From an uncultured delta proteobacterium (lineage in GTDB: Bacteria; Desulfobacterota; Desulfomonilia; UBA1062), in contig CAWCTR010000017.1 of the NCBI GenBank assembly GCA_963798485.1, positions 192,001 to 256,000 on the forward strand: a DNA stretch of 64,000 bases, read 5' to 3'. Below, piece by piece: positions 10,406 to 19,988 of this stretch. Under the pieces are notes generated by a model. The model had not been told where the DNA came from. It saw only the letters and a program-made list of their open reading frames with translations, and did no database searches. A program made the position numbers and the translations under genes. Position 1 is the stretch's first letter; each line of letters begins with the position of its first letter.

Positions 10406-12280
10406 TCAGGGTCCCGGCGTCAGTCCAGGTGTAAGTGTCAGCAGGGGATTACCGTCTGCATCGGTCTTGATCAGCAAGGATGCAGCATATCCCGAAGTTG
10501 CACCGCAAATGATATAACCGCCGTCACTGGTCTGGCGGGCAGAACTGAATGAATCAGATGGACTGCTCCCTGAACCATGGTAGGTTTTCTGCCAGAGGGC
10601 TGTCCCGCTTGCATCGGTCTTGATCAACCAGGGTGTATGATAATCAGAGCCTGTATAACCGGCAACGACATATCCACCACTGGTCTGCTGGACAGACTTG
10701 GCCTGGACATAATTACCATCACCGGTGCCGCTGCCGATGAAGGTCCTTATCCCGCCGTTGCCGAAGGCGGTATCCAGGTTTCCATTTGCATCGGTCTTGA
10801 TCAGCAAGGCATCATTACCACCTGAACCTTTGAAGCTTTCACCCGCCATGATATACCCGCTATCCGTGGTCTGCTGGACGGAAAAGGCTGTGCCTCCACT
10901 GGCGCCGGCACCGTTGAAGGTTTTATTCCAGCTCATAGTACCGTCTGCATCGGTCTTGATCAGCCATGCCTGTGTTCCCGTAGATACCGTGGTTGAACCT
11001 GCCATGATATATCCGTTATCCGTGGTCTGCTGGACGGAAAAGGCTGTGCCTCCACTGGCGCCGGTAATGGTGAAGGTTTTAGTCCAGCTCACAGCACCGG
11101 CTGTATCGGTCTTGATCAGCCATGCCTGTGTTCCCGTAGATACCGTGGTTGAACCTGCCAGAACATACCCGCCGCTTATTTGCTGGACGCAGTAGGCGTA
11201 AGCAGAACCGGAACTGCCGCTGGGAAATGTTTTCATCCCAGCTGTGCCGAATGATGTGTCTAAATTTCCATTTGCATCGGTCTTGATCAGCAAGGCTGCC
11301 GTATATTGGGCATTGTTAGCCGATAACGGTGTAGTATCACCAGCCACGATATAACCGCCGTCACTGGTCGGTTGGACAGAGGCAGCGCTATCATTGCTTG
11401 TGGCACCGCCTAAGGTTTGATTCCAGACCACGGTTCCAAACTCATCGGTCTTGATCAGCGAGACCGCCGTATGACCGGAAGCGGCTGAGGTGGTTGAACC
11501 TGCTATGACATAATCGCCGTCACTGGTCTGTATCACCGATTGGGCACCGCCGGCAGTGGCGCTGAAACTCGTTATCCAATTTAATATAATGGTGATATTG
11601 ACCGTAGCGGTGGCCGTGCCGCCGTAGAGATCCGTGACCTGGTAGACAAAGCTGTCGCTTATGTAGTTTTTCCCATCGTTCGTGTAGCTGAAGGTGCCGT
11701 CTGGATTAAGGGTAAGCTTGCCGTGGCTCTGCGGCGTTACCGGGGTCGTGTTCACGGTCATGCTTACCCCTTCAGGGTCGGTGTCGTTCGTCAGCACGTT
11801 CCCGGTTGTTAAACCGCCCTGACTCACCGAGACATTATCATTGGCCGCAACCGGCGGGAGCTCTTGATCGGATCTGGAAACCTCTATTACGCCGAGGTCC
11901 ACCGTCTGCCCGGCTACGACGGTGATGTTCGTTTTTTTCCCTGACAGCACCACCGTGCCCGAGGCGTTCTTGAGGTTGATGATTAAGGACCTGTTCGTTC
12001 CCGGTTTTACCCCTGAGACCGTCCCTTGGCCCGCGGTGCAATCCCATGGCCCGCCTTGGGCGATAGGCGAGTTGTTCTCATCGAATGTCTGTGCTTCAAC
12101 CGTGGCGATTTGCCATTCAGTGCAGGAGATTGGAGCTGTATTGTCTTGCGTATTTGCAAGTTGCGCGGATGATTGTTTATGAGGTGCATGAAGGGTGAAG
12201 GAGACAGAACCTGTGCTTGGGCCTGATGATTTGCCGGAACTGCTGCACGAGCAGAGAAGCAGGATAAAACAGAAAAACAA
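10406..12280 (-). CDS. Surface lipoprotein with Ig/cadherin-like (Big_9-like) domain and beta-propeller repeats
   Basis: LLLCSC lipobox-like motif; PVAANDN...NVLTNDTDPEG...DGTFSYT...DSFVYQVTD; repeated QTSDGGYIxAG / LIKTDxxG; start uncertain. Confidence 0.8.
   Translation of the reverse strand: MFFCFILLLCSCSSSGKSSGPSTGSVSFTLHAPHKQSSAQLANTQDNTAPISCTEWQIATVEAQTFDENNSPIAQGGPWDCTAGQGTVSGVKPGTNRSLIINLKNASGTVVLSGKKTNITVVAGQTVDLGVIEVSRSDQELPPVAANDNVSVSQGGLTTGNVLTNDTDPEGVSMTVNTTPVTPQSHGKLTLNPDGTFSYTNDGKNYISDSFVYQVTDLYGGTATATVNITIILNWITSFSATAGGAQSVIQTSDGDYVIAGSTTSAASGHTAVSLIKTDEFGTVVWNQTLGGATSNDSAASVQPTSDGGYIVAGDTTPLSANNAQYTAALLIKTDANGNLDTSFGTAGMKTFPSGSSGSAYAYCVQQISGGYVLAGSTTVSTGTQAWLIKTDTAGAVSWTKTFTITGASGGTAFSVQQTTDNGYIMAGSTTVSTGTQAWLIKTDADGTMSWNKTFNGAGASGGTAFSVQQTTDSGYIMAGESFKGSGGNDALLIKTDANGNLDTAFGNGGIRTFIGSGTGDGNYVQAKSVQQTSGGYVVAGYTGSDYHTPWLIKTDASGTALWQKTYHGSGSSPSDSFSSARQTSDGGYIICGATSGYAASLLIKTDADGNPLLTLTPGLTPGP
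10843..11160. repeat. Near-identical 156-bp intragenic tandem duplication (52-aa propeller blade)
   Basis: TATCCGTGGTCTGCTGGACGGAAAAGGCTGTGCCTCCACTGGCGCCGG at 10861 and 11017; the CAGCCATGCCTGTGTTCCCGTAGATACCGTGGTTGAACCTGCCA block is also repeated at the same period. Confidence 0.9.
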
Positions 12281-12406
12281 AAAAGGCAGTATCGGATATC
12301 GTGTGAGTTACCTTTCCAGGAATGGTCTTTTCTCCCTGTGTCTGGCGCAAGATTAATCATATGGTGAAAAAAACGACTATACATCTCTCTTCCCCTCGTA
12401 CATGAG

Positions 12407-13333
12407 TTACCACTTAACATTTATATTCCCGGACTCGGTTTGGGTTTTCTGAATAACACCGGGATTATCGGATTCCTGCAAGGGATAATCCTTGCTTAAA
12501 GAAGTCGTATTTGATGTGCTTTTTTCCAGATCCCTAAGCATGGTCATGCTTTTTTCCGGTGCAGTGACAAGGTTAAGACTTCGCAGCTCATCCAGGGCAT
12601 CTTTTGCAGGGAGCAATTGAGGATCTTCCCTTATAGCTTTATTATAGTATTGCTCTGCATCCCTGTATTTTCCCTGATCGCTGCACTCAATGCCTTTAAT
12701 GAAACTCAAGAATGCATTGAGATCCGTTGTAAACGGTTTTTCAAGCTTGGCCTTCTTCTCGGGGGTGAGTTTGATTTTCAGCAGATCGATGATCTTGAAG
12801 AGTATCTTCTTCTCCATGTCGAATATCTGTTCCATTTGCCCTTCTGCAGTCGGCCTTCCCAGCGAGCTCTGATTTTTTACCTGAAGGAGGTTGGAAACTA
12901 CCGCCAGTTCAGAGGTCTGGCTGCCGGTGAGGTCCCCGCCAACCAGGTAGCCGGCGCCCAGTAATTTACCCACCCGCGGGGCGGTGGCATTGTCCACGAT
13001 CCCGGCTTCACCGATGTTGAGCTCTTCGGCCAGGGCCTGAAGCTTCACCCTCTCCACCAACTGGATATTCTCAAGTTGTGCCAGGTCTGTCATAAGCAGC
13101 AGGGCAAAGCCCTTCTGGAGTGGGTCCAGGGTGGCTTGTCCGGTTTTATTGCGGAAATAGAGGACAGCCAGGGTATTCGGCGCAAGAATGGTTTTCCGGG
13201 ATTTTTCCTGGTCGATAACCGTCCGTGCCCAGAGCCTGTCGTTATCCGTGACAACCTGACCCGCCCTGGCTATAGGCTCGTGGATGATGAACAGAGTGAT
13301 GCAACAAAGGAAGATAATAATGGTCTTTTTCAT
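12407..13333 (-). CDS. CsgG/HfaB-like (TolB_N-like) exported protein with TPR
   Basis: Signal peptide; LAVLYFRN...LVERVKLQAL..E...VGKLLGAGYLVGG; TPR-like AEQYYNKAIREDP. Confidence 0.75.
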   Translation of the reverse strand: MKKTIIIFLCCITLFIIHEPIARAGQVVTDNDRLWARTVIDQEKSRKTILAPNTLAVLYFRNKTGQATLDPLQKGFALLLMTDLAQLENIQLVERVKLQALAEELNIGEAGIVDNATAPRVGKLLGAGYLVGGDLTGSQTSELAVVSNLLQVKNQSSLGRPTAEGQMEQIFDMEKKILFKIIDLLKIKLTPEKKAKLEKPFTTDLNAFLSFIKGIECSDQGKYRDAEQYYNKAIREDPQLLPAKDALDELRSLNLVTAPEKSMTMLRDLEKSTSNTTSLSKDYPLQESDNPGVIQKTQTESGNINVKW

Positions 13334-13642
13334 GCCAATATACGCCCCTTTGGGATAAAAGCTTGGTTTATTATAGAGTGAATGCCGTCAATGTCAAGCA
13401 GGCCTGTTTCTTCCTGGCTCAAGCATAGGAAATGGTTTCACTCCGTCTTGCCTCATGTCGGTACGAAGGGTATTGCAGGGGACAGGGCAAGGGTTTCAGG
13501 GAATGACGGCAAAGAAACAATCAATAAAGTCCTGAACGGGTTGAAAGGGGTTTGTTGTATATGAAGGAACGGCAACAGGTCATGGATTCGGTTCCCGGAG
13601 AGCTCCGCGAGATCGTGATCTTGTATCACCCTTTCATATTTC

Positions 13643-14338
13643 TCAAGATAAAGATAAGTATTTTTTCCCATACAGCGCCTGGTCATACTCTGCCCGGCGG
13701 GACGGGCAGTTCCGCCTGGGGCACAAGGAACAGTTCACAAAGTGCTCACCTCCGACGTACTGGATGCCTGTGACGGACTTTAAAGGGTACAGGAGCATGT
13801 GAGAGCTCAGGCTCACCCCCACGGTCTCAGGAATCGAACCTAACAGTTCGAAGAGCGGCCGCTGCTGGGCCAGGGGCCAGTCCTCAAGTGATCCGGGGTT
13901 CATGCACGAGAGCTGCGCCGGGCTCACCTTGTCCTTCAGGTGCGCCTCCAGGGCCGTCATGGCCGACCCCAGGGCCAGGAGCATGATGGTGTCGGCCCAG
14001 AATGCATGCAGTGTCCCGGATATGGACCGTGCCCATTCCTCCAGGTCGGGGCCGCAGGTGGCGACAAAGGGGTAGACGGCCTTTGCGCCGGTCAGGTTAA
14101 CGCGCAACACCCGGCTGTCAAACCTGATCCCCTTGATGAACACATGTGCGTCTCCCATGGAATCAACCGCAGTAACCCTGAAGGCGGCCCTGGGGCGGGC
14201 AGCCGACAAAGCCCGGGAGAGAATCCCGGAAAGCTCCCCGGCCATCTTCGTGCCGGGCCGGACCTTGAGGATATCGCCCAGGCCTTTTTCTTCAAGGGTA
14301 AAAGGGATGTGATCGAGGATAATCGCGTCTTCGGTCAT
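13643..14338 (-). CDS. Stand-alone B12 methionine-synthase activation-domain-like protein
   Basis: PFVATCG, MNPGSLEDWPL, LYPLKSVTGI, CSLCPRRNCPSRRA; ATG 14338 overlaps the upstream stop (ATGA). Confidence 0.75.
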   Translation of the reverse strand: MTEDAIILDHIPFTLEEKGLGDILKVRPGTKMAGELSGILSRALSAARPRAAFRVTAVDSMGDAHVFIKGIRFDSRVLRVNLTGAKAVYPFVATCGPDLEEWARSISGTLHAFWADTIMLLALGSAMTALEAHLKDKVSPAQLSCMNPGSLEDWPLAQQRPLFELLGSIPETVGVSLSSHMLLYPLKSVTGIQYVGGEHFVNCSLCPRRNCPSRRAEYDQALYGKKYLSLS

Positions 14339-15909
14339 CTTATTGCCCCTGAAGGCATAGGGAACGTAATGCATCGGATGAATTCGTCTTCGAACCCGGG
14401 ATGAAGTGCGAGTTCCACCTCACGGACCTGGTCTCTCAGGGAGGATGCCTTATCCATGAACGGGGCGTCCATACAGGCTGTCTCGGCCGCCTTCAGGCTT
14501 GTGTTGCCCAGAAACCGCCAGGACGCGTTCAGGAAGTCCGGCAGGAAGCCCAGGGCCTTGAAATTTTCAAGGTTCAGGTGCTCCCCGAAGGCCCCGGCTA
14601 TAAGCACTTGTTCGATCGCCCCCGCATCCATACCGGACTCTTTCAACAGGATGCGGGAGGCGGCAAGGCCGGCGGCCTTGGCGAGCTGGAGGTTTCGTAT
14701 GTCCTTCTGGGTGAAAAGAATATCACCCTGGAGCCTGAGTGCCTTCATGCCTTCAATCTCTTCGGCGGTAAGGGGGAAGGGCAGGTCTGAGGGCTTAAGG
14801 TCCTTCCGAAAGGCACCGTCAGGCCGGATGATTCCCCGTCTCAAAAGGATAGCCGTCAGGTCCACGAGTGCTGTGCCTGAGATGCCCGCAGGCTCTCCTC
14901 TACCCATCATGTTGAAGGCAAGACCTAAAGGGCCGTGTTCCACTGCGGTTATGGCCCCGTCTTCGGCGGCCATGCCCCAGGCGATGTTCATACCCTCCAG
15001 TGCCGGACCCATGGCACACGACGTTGCGAAAAGATCCTTGTTCCCGTTCATGACGAACAGCTCCCCGTTGGTGCCGAGGTCGATGAAGAAAGCGTTCTTT
15101 TCGATGCCGGACCCCCGGCACAGGGTAAGCCCGCCCATGAGGTCTCCGCCGATGAAGGCGCTGAGCACGGGCAGGGCAAGGATCCGTGCGCCCTGAAATG
15201 CAGGGGTGTCCCTGTCCGCAGGGGTGAACCCGGTGAAGTCCCGTGTCTTCACCTCGTAGGGATATCTGCCGAGCGGTACTACGTCGAGGCCGAAGAAAAG
15301 CGAGAGCATGGTAGTGTTCCCGGAGAACACGATGAGTTCACAAGAGCCCGGAGTCATCTTACATGCCTCCAGGAACCGGAGCATGGCATTGAACACGGAT
15401 GACCGGATAAGATCGGACTGTAGGCGGGCTTTTGCAGGGTCGGAACATGCAGCTATGCGCGAGATCACGTCGTGCCCGAACCTGCGCTGGGGGTTAAGGA
15501 ACGAGTCTATGGGCAACGTGTTCCGGTGTTCAAGATCAACGAGCGAGATGCGGACCGTAGTGGTGCCGATGTCGCATGCGAGGCCGTAACGGCTGTCCTT
15601 GGATAGGCCCGGGCATGGTTGCTGCGCCGAGGCGTATGTCTCATCCATGAATACCTCGACATCGCCTTGTATAACTGCCTGGCAGGCCAGGCGCATGCCG
15701 GGCTTGTCTTTCAGTGCCTTTGCCTCCATATGGCCCTGCCCCGACAGTGCCCCTGTTGCCTTTACCATGCATTTACCGCAGGTACCCTTGCCTCCGCAGG
15801 GGGTCCTCACGGCAATGCCCATATCCATCAGGGCGTCGGCCAGGAGGGTATGCCGGGTAAAAATCTGGTGTTTGCCTGAAGGTGTGAGCCTGAGCCTGCA
15901 ACCGCTCAC
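14335..15909 (-). CDS. RACo/ASKHA-type ATP-dependent corrinoid reductive activator with N-terminal [2Fe-2S]
   Basis: CGGKGTCGKC...RLACQ, DIGTTT, FGHDVISRI, IDLGTNGE, GPALEG, DIRNLQLAKAA, AGAFG. Confidence 0.9.
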   Translation of the reverse strand: MSGCRLRLTPSGKHQIFTRHTLLADALMDMGIAVRTPCGGKGTCGKCMVKATGALSGQGHMEAKALKDKPGMRLACQAVIQGDVEVFMDETYASAQQPCPGLSKDSRYGLACDIGTTTVRISLVDLEHRNTLPIDSFLNPQRRFGHDVISRIAACSDPAKARLQSDLIRSSVFNAMLRFLEACKMTPGSCELIVFSGNTTMLSLFFGLDVVPLGRYPYEVKTRDFTGFTPADRDTPAFQGARILALPVLSAFIGGDLMGGLTLCRGSGIEKNAFFIDLGTNGELFVMNGNKDLFATSCAMGPALEGMNIAWGMAAEDGAITAVEHGPLGLAFNMMGRGEPAGISGTALVDLTAILLRRGIIRPDGAFRKDLKPSDLPFPLTAEEIEGMKALRLQGDILFTQKDIRNLQLAKAAGLAASRILLKESGMDAGAIEQVLIAGAFGEHLNLENFKALGFLPDFLNASWRFLGNTSLKAAETACMDAPFMDKASSLRDQVREVELALHPGFEDEFIRCITFPMPSGAIR

Positions 15910-15915
15910 CTGTTA

Positions 15916-16035
15916 TCAACCCTTGAGGCTCAGTGCCGCATGGATGAAGGCATCCGGGTTTTCCGCAGGGGTTTCGAGTGGTAGGTCGCAGAGCGATGAA
16001 AGGATGAAGGGGACGCCTTTTACACCCATGTTCAC
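15916..16035 (-). pseudogene. C-terminal remnant (37-39 aa) of a URO-D/MtaA-family methyltransferase
   Basis: Translates as (VN)MGVKGVPFILSSLCDLPLETPAENPDAFIHAALSLKG*, matching the FILSxGCxxPxxTPxEN family tail. Confidence 0.7.
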
Positions 16036-16673
16036 ACCGCCTTGCAGTAGGAGGTGAAGATCCGCAACGCATCGATGGCGGTCTCACCGTAGGCGTCGGC
16101 CCCCATCTCCCGGCACAGGGCCTCCGAGGTGCAGGCCCCTCCGATAACAATCTTCATGGCATCCCGCAGGCCCGCCTTTGTGCTCATATCCGCCACGTCG
16201 CGGATGCTCCCCACCATGGTGGTGAGCAGGGCGGAGAGCCCTATGAACTTTGTGCCCGTTGCCGTTGCCGTTTCTATGATCTTTTGTGCAGGCACGTCCA
16301 CCCCCAGGTCGATGACCTCGAACCCGTTGGCGGATAAGATCATGCCTACGATGTTCTTGCCGATCTCGTGAATGTCTCCGGCCACCGTTGCCAGGATAAC
16401 CTTGCCTCGCAGGCTTGCTTCATCAGGGTTCATGCGTGACTTGAGAAGGGGCATGGCCTCCTTCACGACCTCGCCTGCCATGATGAGGTCTGCCAGGAAA
16501 TACTCCCCTTCCTCGAACTTGCGGCCCACGGTCGCCAGGCCTTTGCTGATGCCCTCCTGGATGATGATCTCAGGGGCAAGACCTTCTTCCAGGCATTTAG
16601 CCACAAGGGCGCTGACCCCGTCGATGTCCAGTTCGTCTATGGCCTTCTGTACCGCCAGGATGGATTCGTTCAT
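16032..16673 (-). CDS. Methyltransferase corrinoid protein (MtaC/MttC-like)
   Basis: GRKFEEGEYFLADL cap; GDIHEIGKNIV B12-binding DxHxxG; SALLTT; IGGA. Confidence 0.93.
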   Translation of the reverse strand: MNESILAVQKAIDELDIDGVSALVAKCLEEGLAPEIIIQEGISKGLATVGRKFEEGEYFLADLIMAGEVVKEAMPLLKSRMNPDEASLRGKVILATVAGDIHEIGKNIVGMILSANGFEVIDLGVDVPAQKIIETATATGTKFIGLSALLTTMVGSIRDVADMSTKAGLRDAMKIVIGGACTSEALCREMGADAYGETAIDALRIFTSYCKAV

Positions 16674-17863
16674 TGAGCAGCCTCCTTGGGTGCGGTTTCA
16701 AGTGATATGGGGTATGCCCCGTACCGGCTTACCGCGTCCACCATGACCTCGAGCTTGCGGGCCGGTATGGAGCTCAGGCTGTGGACCGGGGCGATGATGA
16801 ACCTGCCGCCCGGGCCCAGTCCGGTGATAAGCCTCTTGACCTCTTCTTCCACCTCCTGGTCCTTCGAGCGGTCCGTGAGCAGATAGTCCACCCCCACGCC
16901 GCCGATGATGGTGACCGCCTCCCCATGGAGCTTTTTCTCCCTGAAGATGTCCACGTTGGAGGTATTTTCGTAGGCGTGCAGACCGTCCACACCCCAGGAG
17001 ATGAAGGTGTCGAAGAGCAGGGTGTTGTCGCCGCAGGAGTGGAGTACATATTTGCCTTTGCGGTCGTGCACGGCCTTGATGATGCGCCGGTAAGGCCCTC
17101 CGAAGAGTTCGTCGATGATTTTCGGGTTCATGATGGGTCCGCTCTTGAAGGCGAAGTCGTCGGTCTGGATGATGACCGGCACTCCAGCGTCTAAGAGCGC
17201 CATATTTGTCTTGAGACAGATCTCCTCGTTGAGGTCGATGTAGCGCTTCACCAGGTCCTTTTCCCGCCTGATCCATACGGGCATCTTCTCGAAACCCACT
17301 GCCCACAGGAGCGACTCCTGGATACCGTAGGCTGGGCCCTGGCCGAAGAGGCAGGTCCGCTGCCCGTAATCGTATACGACCTTTTTGAAGAAGGTGTAGG
17401 TTCTCTGCGCCACATCGTCGGCATCGGGCCAGTAGGGCCAGGCCTCGAAGTCCTCCCTGCTCTTGATGCCCGGGCCCCGGTACATGTAGGTCATGTTGCC
17501 ATACCCGTCGGGCTGGATGTTGAACACAGAGCCGTTGAAGCGGACCATAGTGGTGTGGTTGAGCACGGTAAAGGTCTCGTCCAGGATCGCCCACACCGAG
17601 TCGAAACCCAGTTCTACCTGTGCCCTGATGCGCTTCATGAGCGCCCGGTTCAGCTCTCTCTGAAATATTGGCCTGGTGATCAGGGGCCCCCACCGGTCCA
17701 GCACGAACCGGGCCACAGGGTTGGTCATGAGCAGTTCCTGGGATATGAGCGGCTTCCCGAGAACCTCATTGAAGGTCCGGTCCTCCACCATGGCGCAGAA
17801 GGTAGGGACCCGGTCCGTTGGTTTCCCGTCCAAGGCATAAAGTGCGCGATCTATCGGGTGCAT
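16670..17863 (-). CDS. Uroporphyrinogen-decarboxylase-family corrinoid methyltransferase
   Basis: DRVP, DDFAFKSGP, LHSCG, GPGGRFIIAPVHS; GAGGAGG RBS before ATG 17863. Confidence 0.8.
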   Translation of the reverse strand: MHPIDRALYALDGKPTDRVPTFCAMVEDRTFNEVLGKPLISQELLMTNPVARFVLDRWGPLITRPIFQRELNRALMKRIRAQVELGFDSVWAILDETFTVLNHTTMVRFNGSVFNIQPDGYGNMTYMYRGPGIKSREDFEAWPYWPDADDVAQRTYTFFKKVVYDYGQRTCLFGQGPAYGIQESLLWAVGFEKMPVWIRREKDLVKRYIDLNEEICLKTNMALLDAGVPVIIQTDDFAFKSGPIMNPKIIDELFGGPYRRIIKAVHDRKGKYVLHSCGDNTLLFDTFISWGVDGLHAYENTSNVDIFREKKLHGEAVTIIGGVGVDYLLTDRSKDQEVEEEVKRLITGLGPGGRFIIAPVHSLSSIPARKLEVMVDAVSRYGAYPISLETAPKEAAQ

Positions 17864-17876
17864 GAAGGACTCCTCC

Positions 17877-18752
17877 TCAAATCCTCTCAAGTGTCTTCTT
17901 TATCTCGATGATGAAGGACCGGTCCGACCCGCAGCAGCCGCCGATGAAGTTCGCACCGGCCTTTACGAGTTCAGGGACGAAGCTGGCAAAGTCATGGGCG
18001 GTTGTGTGGTACACGACCTGTCCCGCCACCCTCTCGGGCAGCCCGGCGTTCGCCTTCATCCACAGGGGCAACTCGGTTGCGGCGCGCATGCGGGAGCAGA
18101 TGGGAATGAACCCCTCGATTCCCTGCCCGCAGTTGGCGCCGAGGACGTCCGCCCCTGCCTGAGAGAGGACCTCTACGGCCTGTTCCGGCGTATTGCCCAT
18201 CATAGTGCGGTCCTTCATTTTACCCGCTGCAAAGACCAGGCAGGCGACGACCGGGAGCCCGGTCTTCTTGGCGGAGGCAACGGCTATGCGCGCCTCAGCG
18301 AGGTCCATCATGGTCTCCACCACGATAGCGTCGGCCCCGGAGACGGCTATGGCCCGGGCCTGCTCTTCAAAGGCTTGGGCCAAGTCGGTCTCGGTCACCT
18401 CTTTTACGGCCAGGAGCTTGCCGGAAGGGCCCATGGATGCGAACACGAAAGCCTTGCTTCCGGCTGCCCGGCGGGAGATCTCCACGCCCGCGATGTTTAT
18501 CTCCCTGACTTTATCGGCCTGGCCGAACTTGCCAAGTACATAGCGGTTGGCCCCGAAGGTGTTGGTCAGGATGACCCGGCTGCCGGCATCCACGTATTCC
18601 TTTGCCACCTCCTGGACCTTGTCCGGGTGGGTGAGATTCCACGTATCAGGTGATTCGCCGGGCTTCAGGCCGCGTTTGATTATCTGCGTGCCCCAGGAAC
18701 CATCCGTCAGGACGGGTCCGTCCTTGATGAGCTCGGCGATGAAAGCATGCAT
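17877..18752 (-). CDS. Stand-alone homocysteine S-methyltransferase domain (MetH N-terminal-like)
   Basis: DGSWGT, TNTFGAN, GPSG, VETM, GANCG, ANAGLP, IGGCCG Zn ligands; AAGGAG RBS before ATG 18752. Confidence 0.9.
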   Translation of the reverse strand: MHAFIAELIKDGPVLTDGSWGTQIIKRGLKPGESPDTWNLTHPDKVQEVAKEYVDAGSRVILTNTFGANRYVLGKFGQADKVREINIAGVEISRRAAGSKAFVFASMGPSGKLLAVKEVTETDLAQAFEEQARAIAVSGADAIVVETMMDLAEARIAVASAKKTGLPVVACLVFAAGKMKDRTMMGNTPEQAVEVLSQAGADVLGANCGQGIEGFIPICSRMRAATELPLWMKANAGLPERVAGQVVYHTTAHDFASFVPELVKAGANFIGGCCGSDRSFIIEIKKTLERI

Positions 18753-19285
18753 GGTTTTCTCCTTATCGAGAAAGATCTCGTGTGAAACACGCAATGCTAT
18801 TGAGAGCACCTTTTTGAGAATGAGTCCCTTTTGATCTAAACTATACCCGGCCCAGCGTCAATCTCAACTGTGATGGCGGGTATGGATTACTTAGGCCGGT
18901 TCTACAGGTTTGTGGTGTATTTATCCCGAATTTAACCGACCTATTAAAAACAATTCCATGGAGTTTTATGCTTAAGGCCACCTGAAGTGGTTAGAGTATT
19001 CATATGTATCAGCTATAATTTGATCTTAGAAATGAAACCCGGCACTAAATTAAAATATGTCAATGTGCTCTTTTGCTTATTGATAAAAAGTCAAGATAGC
19101 GTGCCAAGATATACACTATTATAGTTACTGATAAATTGTTAAGATATCTCATGAGGATCATAAAAAGGGTAAAAGGTCTGGGGAATAAAAGATGAATATT
19201 GTAGGCCTTATGGAATTACATGTGTCTTGCAGGATGTGCTATCTTTAGTAATTCAGGAGCACTATTCAATAGAGGAGGAGCAGTA

Positions 19286-19933
19286 ATGGCAAGTGGCAAG
19301 GAGGTCTTTGACGGATTCCGGGAGATGTTCTTCTCCTTCAATCTGGATAGGATTACTGCGGAGACGGATCGACTTCTCAAGTCAGGTTGTTCGCCCCAGG
19401 ATTTTCTTCTTGTGTGCCAGCAGTGCATGGAGGAGGTCGGAAAGAAGTTCGAAGCCGGCGACTATTTTCTGCCCGAGCTGGTTATGGCCGGGGAAATATT
19501 CAAGCAGGTGAGCTTCTCGATCAAACCATACTTCAAGGACGGTGATGGTCAAAAACATCTTGGGACAATCGTTATCGGAACTCCCAAAGGTGATATCCAC
19601 GCCTTGGGGAAGGATATTTTCTGTGTCCTGGCAGAAGCGGCCGGTTTTATCGTCCACAACCTGGGAGAAGACGTCCGCCCTGAGAGTTTTATCGACAAGC
19701 TGAAAGCCACCGGCGCATCGATCCTCGGCATGTCGGCATTGATCACCACTACATATCATTCCATGGCCCAGGTCATAGAGCTGCTCAAAGAGAATGGCAT
19801 GCGTGACGACGTCAAGGTGGTGATCGGCGGAGGGGCGACCTCAAAAGACCTGGCGGAAAAGATCGGAGCCGACGCCCAGACCTGGGATGCCTATGAAGGC
19901 ATCCGGATCATTCAATCGTTTGCGGGTGTCTAA
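19286..19933 (+). CDS. Second methyltransferase corrinoid protein
   Basis: GKKFEAGDYFLPEL, GDIHALGKDI, SALITT, IGGG; GAGGAGG RBS before ATG 19286. Confidence 0.92.
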   Translation: MASGKEVFDGFREMFFSFNLDRITAETDRLLKSGCSPQDFLLVCQQCMEEVGKKFEAGDYFLPELVMAGEIFKQVSFSIKPYFKDGDGQKHLGTIVIGTPKGDIHALGKDIFCVLAEAAGFIVHNLGEDVRPESFIDKLKATGASILGMSALITTTYHSMAQVIELLKENGMRDDVKVVIGGGATSKDLAEKIGADAQTWDAYEGIRIIQSFAGV

Positions 19934-19988
19934 GCCTGGAACGTATTCATTTTCATGATTTATATTCCTTGTGCATGGTGAGGACCGT

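Noticed and set aside
19090-19107. Minus-strand TGGCAC as a sigma54 promoter
   Set aside because: No GC at the -12 position (TTGA, shifted by one base).
18810-19285. Cobalamin or SAM riboswitch in the divergent methyltransferase promoter region
   Set aside because: Only one imperfect hairpin (about 18843-18883); no B12-box or S-box core was recognised.
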